Positions 5,623-14,035 of a stretch of DNA of 27,135 bases are shown piece by piece; within the stretch, counting starts at the first letter, position 1, and the number at the start of each line of letters is the position of its first letter. Source of the DNA: a virus (taxonomy: Duplodnaviria > Heunggongvirae > Uroviricota > Caudoviricetes). Both the position numbers and the translations under genes were made by a program. The notes under the pieces are model-generated. The model searched no databases. It was not told where the DNA came from and saw only the letters and a list, made by a program, of their open reading frames with translations. Location: IMG/VR virus record IMGVR_UViG_2529292920_000017; one strand, written 5' to 3'.

Positions 5623-8447
5623 GTGAGTTTGCATGGAGCTGGAATGAACCACGACCAGCCATTGATCCGGCCAGATTTACGGAGCACAGGCAGGAAACTG
5701 AAACCGACCTACAACGCGCCATCCGTTACTACCTTGAGGCAGACAAAAAGGCTCTGGAAGAACAGGAAGCGAAGGAGGAAGCCTTTTTCGCACAATCCAC
5801 CGTGGGTAAAAAACTCATGGCATCCCTTGAGGAAGCCGGACAGCGTGAAAAGCTGGCACAAAGCATCATCAGCAAGCGTCAGGCAACAGAACAAGACCCG
5901 GTGGCCCGTGCTTTTGCCACACTGAAGGTGCTTCCCGTTTATCTGCGTGAACCTCTGAGCCGCCACCTCTCTTTCCTGCGCAAAAAACAGGAAGCCGATC
6001 GCCAGAAAGGCAAAAAGAGCTGGCAGGCTGAACGCTACGCGCGCGGAACCCTGCGCAAAATATTCGAACGCCTGGACCGCACCGATCACCGCTGGCTGAC
6101 ACCGGGTTATCGCTCCCTTGCCGGACGCGAACGCCTGGACGATTTGCTTTACCTGCCGCAGCTCAACAAACACCAGATACAGACGCTGGCCACCATGACG
6201 GCGGCGATGTTCAGCAGCACCTTCGAAAAACTCTGCGATGGCTTTGGTGCGACTGATGGCGAACTGACCATGGATGTAACGCTGAAGGCGTATCAGATGC
6301 TGGCCCGCATGGCGTTACACCTGCACGCCATGCCTCCACATTATGACGCACTGACAACAGACAAAGACCGGAGGAACGAACCGGACACGGAGCTGCTGCC
6401 GGGCGCAATCCTTCGCCTGACCTGTGCGGAATGGTGGAAACGCAAACTGTGGCTGTTACGTTGCGAGTGGAGAGAAGAACAACTCCGCGCCGCCTGTCTG
6501 GTTTCCAGAAAAACATCACCCTATCTGAGCCAGGACGCGTTAAGCGAGTTTCGCGCACAGCGCGAGAAAACACGCGATTTCCTGAAAAGTTTCATGCTGG
6601 AAAACGAAGACGGGTTCACGATTGATCTCGAGACAGTGTATTACGCGGGAGTAAGTAACCCGGTTCACCGTAAGGCAGAAATGATGGCCACCATGAAGGG
6701 GCTGGAACTTCTGGCCGAAGCCCGTGGCGACAAAGCGGTGTTTCTGACTGTCACCTGCCCGTCAAAATACCACGCCACAACAGAGAACGGTCATCCGAAT
6801 CCCAAATGGAACGGGGCCACCATGCGCGACTCCAGCGATTACCTGGTTAACACGTTTTTTGCGGCGGTCCGCAAGAAACTGAACCGCGACGGCCTGCGCT
6901 GGTATGGCATCCGCACGGTGGAGCCTCACCATGACGGCACCGTGCACTGGCATATGATGGTCTTTGCTCATCCGGAAGAAATCGACACCATTGTGTCCCA
7001 CACCCGCGATATTGCCATTCAGGAAGACCGCCACGAGCTGGGCAATGATATTACTCCGCGCTTTAAGGTGGAGTATGTCGACGGCTCAAAAGGCACGCCA
7101 ACCAGCTACATCGCCACCTACATCGGAAAGAACCTGGACAGCCGCGCCGTGGATGGCATCGACCCGAAAACGGGCAAGCCACGCGTTGACCACGAAACCG
7201 GAAAATCAATGGCCGAGAGCGTGGAACGCGCCATCGGCTGGGCACGCCTTCACCGGGTCCGCCAGTTCCAGTTCTTTGGCATCCCCTCCCGTCAGGTATG
7301 GCGTGAACTCCGCCGCCTTGCCAGCCAGATGGCACGCAACCCGGAAGGCCCGCAACGGCTGAAGGATGATGCAATGGATGCGGTACTCGCTGCCGCTGAT
7401 GCCGGGTGTTTTGCCACCTACATTGAGAAACAGGGCGGCGTACTTGTTCCACGCAAAGACTACCTGATTCGCACCGCCTACGACCTCGCAGATGAGCTGA
7501 ACGATTACGGCGAACAGAGCGTACAGATTTACGGGATTTGGTCACCACTCATCGGGGAATCCTCCCGTGTGTGCACGCACCCGGATAACTGGAAGCTGGT
7601 AAGACGTAAACCGGAAGCGGAAGACAGCACCCGCGAAAATGGTTTTGACCTTCAGGGCGGCCCTGCCGCCCCTTGGACTCGTGGCAATAACTGTCCCCGT
7701 GTACAGGAAACGGACAACAACGGGACAGAACAGCCAGCACCGTGGTCGCAGCTCCCTGACGGCGTTGAAGTGAACGAATGGATGCGCTCACTGAAACGGC
7801 ACGAACGCCGGGCGCTGATGCGTTCGCTTCGTGACAAACAGGCAAAAAACAGCCGTGATGAAATGCAGAGCTGGACACAGAGCCGCAAACAGCAGCGGCC
7901 TTTGCCTGATAACCACGAACTACTCGCTAAAGAATGGCGGGAGTCTGCTGAATCTCTCGGCCTGCATATCGGTGAACAGCAGATGCAGCATCTGTTACGG
8001 GGCGGCAGTCTGTACGTTGACGGCAGCATCATTGCACCGCAGGGATTTGAAATTGTACGCAAACCGGATACCCGACCGGACAGCCGGATCACGCAGCTCT
8101 GGCAGCGCCTGAGCCGTAACCACGGCGTAAGCAGTACGGAGATCCGCCATAACCCGGTCGCCAGCTATCTGGAACAGCTGGGGACATCAGACCCCGAAGC
8201 CGCCGCACGCCTGGCATCCACACTTCAGCAAGACCAGAACACCATGAAAACACCCGTTACCGTGCTTTCTGACATGCTGCGCGCCATCCGCGACGCAGAG
8301 CACGCACAGAGAATCAGTGAAACCACTGAACGCGCCCGCCGCAAAGCAGACCTGCTGCGGGGTGGCCTGACCAGTGGAAACAAAAAACAGACAGAAACGG
8401 GATTCACAAATCCCGTAAATGAGCAAAAAACGCGCCGCGATATATGA
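5619..8447 (+). CDS. A: replication initiation protein, rolling-circle HUH endonuclease (P2 gene A family)
   Basis: ORF track 5592..8447 (GTG); start placed at ATG 5619 (MSEFAWSWNEP...). Contains HUH-type motif VHWHMMVF (around 6945-6968) and paired active-site tyrosines YIATYIGK (around 7105-7128), as in P2 A/phiX174 A-type initiators. About 942 aa, with a long low-complexity R/Q/E-rich C-terminal region. Confidence 0.85.
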   Translation: MSEFAWSWNEPRPAIDPARFTEHRQETETDLQRAIRYYLEADKKALEEQEAKEEAFFAQSTVGKKLMASLEEAGQREKLAQSIISKRQATEQDPVARAFATLKVLPVYLREPLSRHLSFLRKKQEADRQKGKKSWQAERYARGTLRKIFERLDRTDHRWLTPGYRSLAGRERLDDLLYLPQLNKHQIQTLATMTAAMFSSTFEKLCDGFGATDGELTMDVTLKAYQMLARMALHLHAMPPHYDALTTDKDRRNEPDTELLPGAILRLTCAEWWKRKLWLLRCEWREEQLRAACLVSRKTSPYLSQDALSEFRAQREKTRDFLKSFMLENEDGFTIDLETVYYAGVSNPVHRKAEMMATMKGLELLAEARGDKAVFLTVTCPSKYHATTENGHPNPKWNGATMRDSSDYLVNTFFAAVRKKLNRDGLRWYGIRTVEPHHDGTVHWHMMVFAHPEEIDTIVSHTRDIAIQEDRHELGNDITPRFKVEYVDGSKGTPTSYIATYIGKNLDSRAVDGIDPKTGKPRVDHETGKSMAESVERAIGWARLHRVRQFQFFGIPSRQVWRELRRLASQMARNPEGPQRLKDDAMDAVLAAADAGCFATYIEKQGGVLVPRKDYLIRTAYDLADELNDYGEQSVQIYGIWSPLIGESSRVCTHPDNWKLVRRKPEAEDSTRENGFDLQGGPAAPWTRGNNCPRVQETDNNGTEQPAPWSQLPDGVEVNEWMRSLKRHERRALMRSLRDKQAKNSRDEMQSWTQSRKQQRPLPDNHELLAKEWRESAESLGLHIGEQQMQHLLRGGSLYVDGSIIAPQGFEIVRKPDTRPDSRITQLWQRLSRNHGVSSTEIRHNPVASYLEQLGTSDPEAAARLASTLQQDQNTMKTPVTVLSDMLRAIRDAEHAQRISETTERARRKADLLRGGLTSGNKKQTETGFTNPVNEQKTRRDI

Positions 8448-8497
8448 AGCGCGCATAAAACAGGCAAAAACGGGATTTCAGAATCCCGTAAACGATT
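8385..8497. promoter_or_regulatory. parC-like centromere/operator candidate upstream of parM
   Basis: Two perfect 8-bp inverted repeats with 4-nt spacers: ACGGGATTcacaAATCCCGT at 8397-8416 and ACGGGATTtcagAATCCCGT at 8470-8489, each embedded in a longer direct repeat (AAACAGRCARAAACGGGATT...AATCCCGTAAA). Centres are about 73 bp apart. The first copy lies inside the 3' end of gene A, the second just upstream of the parM RBS. Confidence 0.5.
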
Positions 8498-8523
8498 AAT
8501 TAATCAACATAAGGAAAAGCGAC

Positions 8524-9483
8524 ATGAAAATTTGTATCGATGACGGCTCCACCAACATCAAGCTGGCATGGACTGAGAACGGCGAACGCCGCAACGCCAT
8601 CAGCCCGAACAGCTTCAAGTCGGAATGGTCTGCGCCGTTCGGTGGCACGCAGCCCGCGAACTACATGCTTGATGGCGTGCGCTATGGTTTTGATCCGGTC
8701 AGCGATCGCTTTGTCCAGACGACCGACACGCAATACCAGTACAGCGATGTGAATGTCATTGCCATTCATCACGCGCTGGTCAAATCAGGCATCACACCAC
8801 AGGAGGTGGATGTGGTTGTCACCCTGCCACTGAGCGAATATTTCGACACAAACGCACAGCCGGACATGGCCAACATCAACCGCAAAAAAGCAAACGTCAT
8901 GCGCCCGGTGGCGTACCAGAACGGAAAAGCATTCACTATCCGTAACGTACGGGTTATGCCTGAATCCATTCCGGCTGGTTTTAAAGCACTGGCTGACATG
9001 AGTCCGTTTGAATCCCTGCTGATTGTGGATTTAGGCGGAACCACGCTGGATGTGGCAAAGGTTCAGGGACAACTGGCAGGTATCAGCCAGGTGTTTTGCG
9101 ATCCACACGTAGGCGTTTCCCTGATGGCCGATGCCGTACTGTCGGTGATGGCCACTAACGGTATGCGTACCAGTCACCACATCGCCAATACCATTATCGA
9201 ACATCGCCATGATGAAGCCTGGCTGCGCCAGCACATCCACAATGACGCGCATTACGCCAGCCTGATGGCGGTTATTCGTGAAAAGGAAGAAACACTGAAA
9301 CAACGCGTGATCCGCGCGCTGGCGGGTTTTTCGGGTTACGGGCGGGTGATGGTTGTCGGTGGCGGGGCGGAGATTGTGGCACCCGCTATCCGCGAAGCCT
9401 GCGGAGTTAATGCGACTTTCATCGCGGACGGGGTGCCACAGTTTGCTCTGGTTAATGGGCTGTACGCAATGGACAAGGAGTAA
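8524..9483 (+). CDS. parM: actin-like segregation ATPase ParM/StbA
   Basis: ATG at 8524 with AAGGAAAAG upstream; 319 aa. N-terminus MKICIDDGSTNIKLAW and internal LLIVDLGGTTLDVA are the actin-fold phosphate-1 and phosphate-2 motifs. From memory the protein aligns along its length with plasmid R1 ParM (MLVFIDDGSTNIKLQW..., ...VMPESIPAG..., ...GGGAE...). Confidence 0.85.
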   Translation: MKICIDDGSTNIKLAWTENGERRNAISPNSFKSEWSAPFGGTQPANYMLDGVRYGFDPVSDRFVQTTDTQYQYSDVNVIAIHHALVKSGITPQEVDVVVTLPLSEYFDTNAQPDMANINRKKANVMRPVAYQNGKAFTIRNVRVMPESIPAGFKALADMSPFESLLIVDLGGTTLDVAKVQGQLAGISQVFCDPHVGVSLMADAVLSVMATNGMRTSHHIANTIIEHRHDEAWLRQHIHNDAHYASLMAVIREKEETLKQRVIRALAGFSGYGRVMVVGGGAEIVAPAIREACGVNATFIADGVPQFALVNGLYAMDKE

Positions 9484-9487
9484 ACCA

Positions 9488-9799
9488 ATGACGACACCAA
9501 CCAGACGAATAAGTTTCTATCTGAAGCCCGCCGCCGTCAAGAACGAAGGCGAAGCATGCGCCTGGCTGGACAGCCTTACACCAGAAGCCCGCAAAAGCGG
9601 CCAACGTGTGGCTTTTCTGGCCGGGCTGGCACTTCTGAAAATGAATCCGGCAGAGGCTTACCGACTGGCTGCATGGGCTGATGATGAAGCGTTATCAGTG
9701 ACACAAACCAGGACAGAACGCCCCGCATCACAGCCAGTATCAACCGCACAGATAACCAGTCAGATGGCCGGAAATATCCGGGCGTTATTTCCCGAATAA
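9488..9799 (+). CDS. parR: ParR-like centromere-binding protein (ribbon-helix-helix)
   Basis: ORF track 9353..9799; start placed at ATG 9488, 5 nt after the parM stop. 103 aa. RRISFYLKP, LDSLTPEARKSGQRVAFLAGLALL and the C-terminal NIRALFPE parallel R1 ParR (RRTIAFKLNP, LDSIPQGERSRLNRAALTAGLALY, NILRSLFPKE) as recalled from memory. Confidence 0.7.
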   Translation: MTTPTRRISFYLKPAAVKNEGEACAWLDSLTPEARKSGQRVAFLAGLALLKMNPAEAYRLAAWADDEALSVTQTRTERPASQPVSTAQITSQMAGNIRALFPE

Positions 9800-9862
9800 T
9801 ACAACATCAGGGCGCATCCGCCCTGATGACTTTAATCCGGGAACACAAACAAAGGGGACACA

Positions 9863-10234
9863 ATGCAACACATTGACAGAGAAAAAGCGCAGCGACTGAT
9901 TGAGCGGATGGAAGCGCTGGCGAAAGAAGAAAATGTCAACATCCAAAAAATAGCTGAATGTGGCCAGATAGTTCTTCGTCGTGAAAAAGACCTCAAACAA
10001 CTGATGTCTGGCGAAACCAGCAAAACATGGACTTCAGGCGAGAAGACGGTTTATTGCAGTTTCTGCAATAAATCCCAGTACGAAGTCACAAAGGTGATTG
10101 CCGGACCGTCTGTTTACATCTGCAATGAATGCGTGGATTTGTGCAATGAAATTATCAGGAAAGAAGTGACAGACAAAAAGGAAAAAACGCATGAACAGAA
10201 AACAGAAACAAGAGTTGAAATACTTCTTACGTAA
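9863..10234 (+). CDS. stand-alone ClpX-type C4 zinc-finger protein
   Basis: ATG at 9863 with AAAGGGGA upstream; 123 aa. C-terminal [38 protein letters not shown] is near-identical in pattern to the ClpX N-terminal zinc-binding domain ([38 protein letters not shown], from memory). There is no AAA+ module. N-terminal 60 aa is a charged, probably helical region. AT-rich gene. Confidence 0.75.
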   Translation: MQHIDREKAQRLIERMEALAKEENVNIQKIAECGQIVLRREKDLKQLMSGETSKTWTSGEKTVYCSFCNKSQYEVTKVIAGPSVYICNECVDLCNEIIRKEVTDKKEKTHEQKTETRVEILLT

Positions 10235-10598
10235 AGAAATTGCCAGGCTTGAAGATGCAGAGTCACAATCATCAGAAATTCCGTTCGGAATGGATATCAA
10301 CGACGCCCGTATGCTTCAGGCATACCGTATAGCTCAGGCTGCACTACAGACAAAACCGTTAAATAACATACATGAAAAGTATGATTATTTTACGGATACC
10401 GCTTGCTTGCTGACATCAGAAGAACAAAAGATAGCCCAACTTTTAGGCGACGCATGGAACCTGTATTTAACATTGCCAGTTGAGCATCCAATGGGTAGAG
10501 ATGAATTTTGCCGGGCAATTCATCATTGCCAAAATATGGTGTTGGCACGCCCGGCCATCAGGGCGTTGGCCAGGAAGGGGCAAGGCTATAAAAGATAA
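10191..10598 (+). CDS. hypothetical protein (135 aa), overlaps the zinc-finger gene by 44 nt in another frame
   Basis: ATG at 10191 with AAAGGA about 9 nt upstream; AT-rich. The last gene before a terminator hairpin. No motif recognised. Confidence 0.5.
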   Translation: MNRKQKQELKYFLRKEIARLEDAESQSSEIPFGMDINDARMLQAYRIAQAALQTKPLNNIHEKYDYFTDTACLLTSEEQKIAQLLGDAWNLYLTLPVEHPMGRDEFCRAIHHCQNMVLARPAIRALARKGQGYKR

Positions 10599-10602
10599 GT
10601 AA

Positions 10603-10629
10603 AACGCCCTCCTCCAGGGCGTTTATTTC
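10603..10629 (+). terminator. Rho-independent terminator candidate
   Basis: AACGCCCT-cctcc-AGGGCGTT hairpin followed by TTATTTC, 5 nt after the stop of the 10191..10598 gene. Confidence 0.6.
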
Positions 10630-10631
10630 AA

Positions 10632-10658
10632 TGCACAATAGTGCACAAATTTGCACAA
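10632..10658. repeat. three TGCACAA direct repeats phased at exactly 10 bp
   Basis: TGCACAA at 10632-10638, 10642-10648 and 10652-10658; a fourth copy at 10724-10730. Nearby, GGATCCGT is directly repeated at 10702-10709 and 10713-10720. All lie in the non-coding region between the early/accessory genes and the portal gene. Confidence 0.6.
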
Positions 10659-10753
10659 TTTTTTTGAACGACTTTTTACCCTTCCGGCCCGCATGGCGGC
10701 TGGATCCGTCAAGGATCCGTGCGTGCACAAAAAAACGCGCTTTTTCTGCGCGC

Positions 10754-10772
10754 AGGTGACGGGGGAACAGCC
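10754..10772. other. candidate cos cohesive-end core
   Basis: The G-rich 19-mer GGTGACGGGGGAACAGCCC matches 13 of 19 positions of the P2 cohesive end as I remember it (GGCGAGGCGGGGAAAGCAC). It sits in the expected place, between the 3' end of portal gene Q and the accessory genes. My recollection of the P2 sequence is the weak link. Confidence 0.35.
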
Positions 10773-11083
10773 CGCGTTTCAGGGGGTAAATAGCATCCCC
10801 TGAACGATGTCGCAGCAACACAACAGAATGGCTGTATTTCTCACGCTGAGTGTGAAAAAGACGTGAGGGATTCTGATTTGATGGGGTGAAAGGTAAGGCC
10901 GTCAAAATCGCACTGAGGCGTCGAAGAACATGCAGTCAACGCGGTGGGATTGCGTAAGAGTCTGACCGTCGATGATGGCAATAAGCAGGAAAGCGTCGTG
11001 AAATTATCTGACTGATACAGGAGCTGGAGAGTCGGGGCATAAATTTTTTATGCCCCGGCGAAGCAGCAGACAAGCGAAGCGCG

Positions 11084-12130
11084 TCAGGATGTGGGCTGGA
11101 TGTCTAACAGTGCGTAAGGGTTAAAGCGGATCACCTCTTCGCCAAGCCAGTCATTGATGTGCTTCATGGCCTCCATGACGGGCATCAGCTCGTTAATTGC
11201 GTAAACCCGCGCGGCCTTCTCCACATCACCAAACGCACTTTTTTCACCCGGCATCGCCCCCATCAGTTGCGGCGGAACGCGGTGCGCAGCCAGCACATCA
11301 TCACGGGATGCCGCCTTAACATTCATGAACTCATCCTTTGCGGTGATCTGCTGGAACGGCAAAATTTGCACCCCCTCTTTGCCCCCGTTGGGCGCATGAA
11401 TGAGCACGTTTTTAAACGCACCACCACCACGCGCACCCTGTAGCGTTTCTTTCAGGGAGTCCATGCTTTCGCGGTTTACCTGCGCTGCACCGATGTAGAT
11501 GATGCACCCGGCGTGGGATCCGTTGTCGTAATACAGTTTTCTGAACATGTCCGCCGAATGAGACAGGCTGGCCGAGAGTAATGCGCCGAGATATTCCGGC
11601 ATGCCGTAGATTTCCTGGTTAATGTCAGGATTCATCAGGTGACACACTTTGCCTGGGCGAAACTGAAACGCATCCTTGCCATCCTGCACATACCACCATG
11701 ATTCAAGATCGCTTCCGCGTCGCATGTATTTCGCCAGTGCGTGCCGTAATTTAAGCGGTTCGCCGAGCATATTGCTTCGAAGCTCAAGGAATGCGTTACC
11801 GAACACAAACCAGTCCAGCGCCAGCGCCGAGAAATCCTGCCGGGAAAGCAGCGGGTGCGGGATGTAGCAACCGAGCAATACATTGCGCTTAAAGTAAAGC
11901 GCAGACTGATGCCAGGACGTTTGCCGGGCAGCTCTTGCCAGACCGTACCAGTCCACCGGGGTTTCATACCACCGCCCGTTATCAGCACAGTACATATTGT
12001 CCAGCAGGTCATGCCCGGTCAGGCGATAAGGACCATCAAATGTGAATGCACTGAGCGATGATTCTTTCCTGAGCGCATCAGCGAGATCAATGCGTGAACT
12101 CATGCGCACTTTTTTATTTTTTCTGCTCAT
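11084..12130 (-). CDS. Q: portal protein (P2 gpQ family)
   Basis: 348 aa, ATG at 12128-12130 overlapping the terminase stop (ATGA). Size and position match P2 Q: downstream of the large terminase on the leftward late operon next to cos. Confidence 0.85.
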   Translation of the reverse strand: MSRKNKKVRMSSRIDLADALRKESSLSAFTFDGPYRLTGHDLLDNMYCADNGRWYETPVDWYGLARAARQTSWHQSALYFKRNVLLGCYIPHPLLSRQDFSALALDWFVFGNAFLELRSNMLGEPLKLRHALAKYMRRGSDLESWWYVQDGKDAFQFRPGKVCHLMNPDINQEIYGMPEYLGALLSASLSHSADMFRKLYYDNGSHAGCIIYIGAAQVNRESMDSLKETLQGARGGGAFKNVLIHAPNGGKEGVQILPFQQITAKDEFMNVKAASRDDVLAAHRVPPQLMGAMPGEKSAFGDVEKAARVYAINELMPVMEAMKHINDWLGEEVIRFNPYALLDIQPTS

Positions 12131-13881
12131 CAGAACTCCATAACCGTGAAACGCTCGTTTTCTCCTTCGCCGCCAATCGGTTCGTTAATGACAGCAAGCA
12201 TGGTTGCCCACGCAAGGTCGCCGTGGCTGATCCCCCTCGCTCGGTCCGTTTCGTAAGTGATAAAGCCGCCCGGTGTTTTCACCTTACGCACGGCGTTAAA
12301 GGCCGCGACCAGCTCGCGTTCGGCGCGATCGTATTCCCACCGCCCGGCACGCATTATTTGCAGCATTTTCAGTACCAGCGACCGTTTTGATGACAGCGTG
12401 AAGGTGTACGGAATAGCGGCAGGGAAAAACCGTTTCACTATCTGATAAACAGCCTCCCCGTTCCCGCCCGTCACATCAATGCCGATGTGTTCCACGTTGT
12501 AGCGACACGTGAACTCTTCAATGACTCTGGCCTGTTCTTCAAACTCCAGCCCCTGAACGCGTCGCGTCTCCACCGTTCGAAAACGGCCACCAGGAACAGA
12601 CGGAGGAACCACCACGGACACAGCGCCGCTGTCGCCGTTGCCACTGCTGCCGTTTGCGTCATACCCAATCCATACCGGACGATTCCCCATCGGGCGGGGA
12701 GCAAAAGGTTTCCAGTCTTTCCAGTCGTCGTATCCGTCAACGCCGCAGCCAATCAGGATATTCAGGTTAAATGCCGATTCCCCTTCGCGGACAAACTCAC
12801 ACATATAGAGATTGAGGAACTCGTCTTCGGTGTTTTCATCACGAATTTCGTCGATATCGGTGTGTTTCCAGCCGTGATTAACCACATCTTCCAGCGTGAC
12901 AATTTGCCGCCACGTCCGGTCAGGGCAGATAAGCCCGTTATGCAGCGTTTTCCAGTCCACAGAAAAACGCTGGCGTTTATGCGAGGCCTTTTTCTCGTTC
13001 CAGCGGTCGCCGTTCCAGTAGGCGTATGCCTCGTGCGTTTCGGTGGATGGCGTGGAGAAGTAGGTGCGCCGCAGTCCGCTGAGGGTTGCCATAGCGCCAG
13101 CCACCTTGCGCAGTTCAGCAAAGCGACTGACCCAGAAAAATTCATCAAAATAAAAATTGCCCGTATAGGACTGTGCCGACGCAGCAGAAGTGCCGAGAAA
13201 ATGCAGCTCTGCGCCGTTGGAGAGGATGATTTTATCGCCCCCTTTCAGCTCCACATCAACTTCAGCCGCGGCCTTCTGAATAATGCTTTTAAACTGGAAC
13301 GCCTGACGACGCGACGCAGACAAAAAAATCTGGTTACGCTGGTAAGGTTGCGCCACATCGTCACGCAGCGCCATCAGCAGTGCTTCCTGTGCAAAATACC
13401 AGGTCGCCCCAATCTGTCGGGATTTCAGGATCATCCTGTTACGTATCCCGGCTTCCCTGCAAAGGGTCAGGGAGTCAAACCAGCCCCGCTGATGCCACTC
13501 CAGCCTGCTGATGATTTTTTCCCGCAGTGCGGCAATCTGTTCCGGCGTGAAATGATTTTTGAGTTTTTTCGCCCGGCCTTTCTTTCCTGCGGCCATCACA
13601 TCCGGCTGGCCATCATGCAGCTTTTTAAGCTGCCGGGTCAGCAGGTCTATTTCCTTAAAGTCACCGCCTGTTTTATTCTGTTTTTCAGTAAGCTGGATGA
13701 GGCGCGCATCGATGGACTGCGTGACACGCTGCACGGGTGGCGTTTCATCCCACTGGTCACGTTTTTTCCACGCATAAATCGTGTTCGGGTTTATTCCCAT
13801 CAGACGTGATATTTCTGCGGGCGGATAACCCTGCCAGTAAAGTTGCCGCGCACGCTGGCGCACAAAAGCGTCCTGAATCAT
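12130..13881 (-). CDS. P: terminase large (ATPase) subunit (P2 gpP family)
   Basis: 583 aa, ATG at 13879-13881 with GGGGGAG upstream on the minus strand. N-terminal MIQDAFVRQRARQLYWQGYPPAEISRLMGINPNTIYAWKK and size match P2 P. Divergent from the scaffold gene as in P2. Confidence 0.9.
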   Translation of the reverse strand: MIQDAFVRQRARQLYWQGYPPAEISRLMGINPNTIYAWKKRDQWDETPPVQRVTQSIDARLIQLTEKQNKTGGDFKEIDLLTRQLKKLHDGQPDVMAAGKKGRAKKLKNHFTPEQIAALREKIISRLEWHQRGWFDSLTLCREAGIRNRMILKSRQIGATWYFAQEALLMALRDDVAQPYQRNQIFLSASRRQAFQFKSIIQKAAAEVDVELKGGDKIILSNGAELHFLGTSAASAQSYTGNFYFDEFFWVSRFAELRKVAGAMATLSGLRRTYFSTPSTETHEAYAYWNGDRWNEKKASHKRQRFSVDWKTLHNGLICPDRTWRQIVTLEDVVNHGWKHTDIDEIRDENTEDEFLNLYMCEFVREGESAFNLNILIGCGVDGYDDWKDWKPFAPRPMGNRPVWIGYDANGSSGNGDSGAVSVVVPPSVPGGRFRTVETRRVQGLEFEEQARVIEEFTCRYNVEHIGIDVTGGNGEAVYQIVKRFFPAAIPYTFTLSSKRSLVLKMLQIMRAGRWEYDRAERELVAAFNAVRKVKTPGGFITYETDRARGISHGDLAWATMLAVINEPIGGEGENERFTVMEF

Positions 13882-14035
13882 TGCTCCCCCTGAGTAATTA
13901 CAGGAAGATTACCCGCGCGCGAAACTGTTCTCCTTAACCCTCTGTTCTGGCCGTTTTCTTACAACAAAAGCCCTTTGTATCAGCCTGTTACGCTTTGCCA
14001 TCATGACTGAAGAACCAGTCAGAGGGGCAAAAACT

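Noticed and set aside
5709-8092. Several 100-160-aa ORFs on the minus strand and in alternate plus frames (for example 5709..6173, 6211..6573, 7063..7548, 7652..8092)
   Set aside because: All are embedded in the replication initiator gene A; their translations are R/C/S-rich and unstructured. Treated as frame artefacts.
12487-13809. 440-aa ORF on the plus strand
   Set aside because: It lies entirely antisense within the large terminase gene, which has clear family features. Its translation is low-complexity with no motif, typical of a spurious antisense frame in GC-rich coding DNA.
13882-14035. Ogr/Delta-type late promoter element (TGT-N12-ACA) in the divergent P/O intergenic region
   Set aside because: The closest match found is TGT-N15-ACA around 13940-13960, which has the wrong spacing. 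A late promoter is expected here but I cannot support a specific site from sequence alone.
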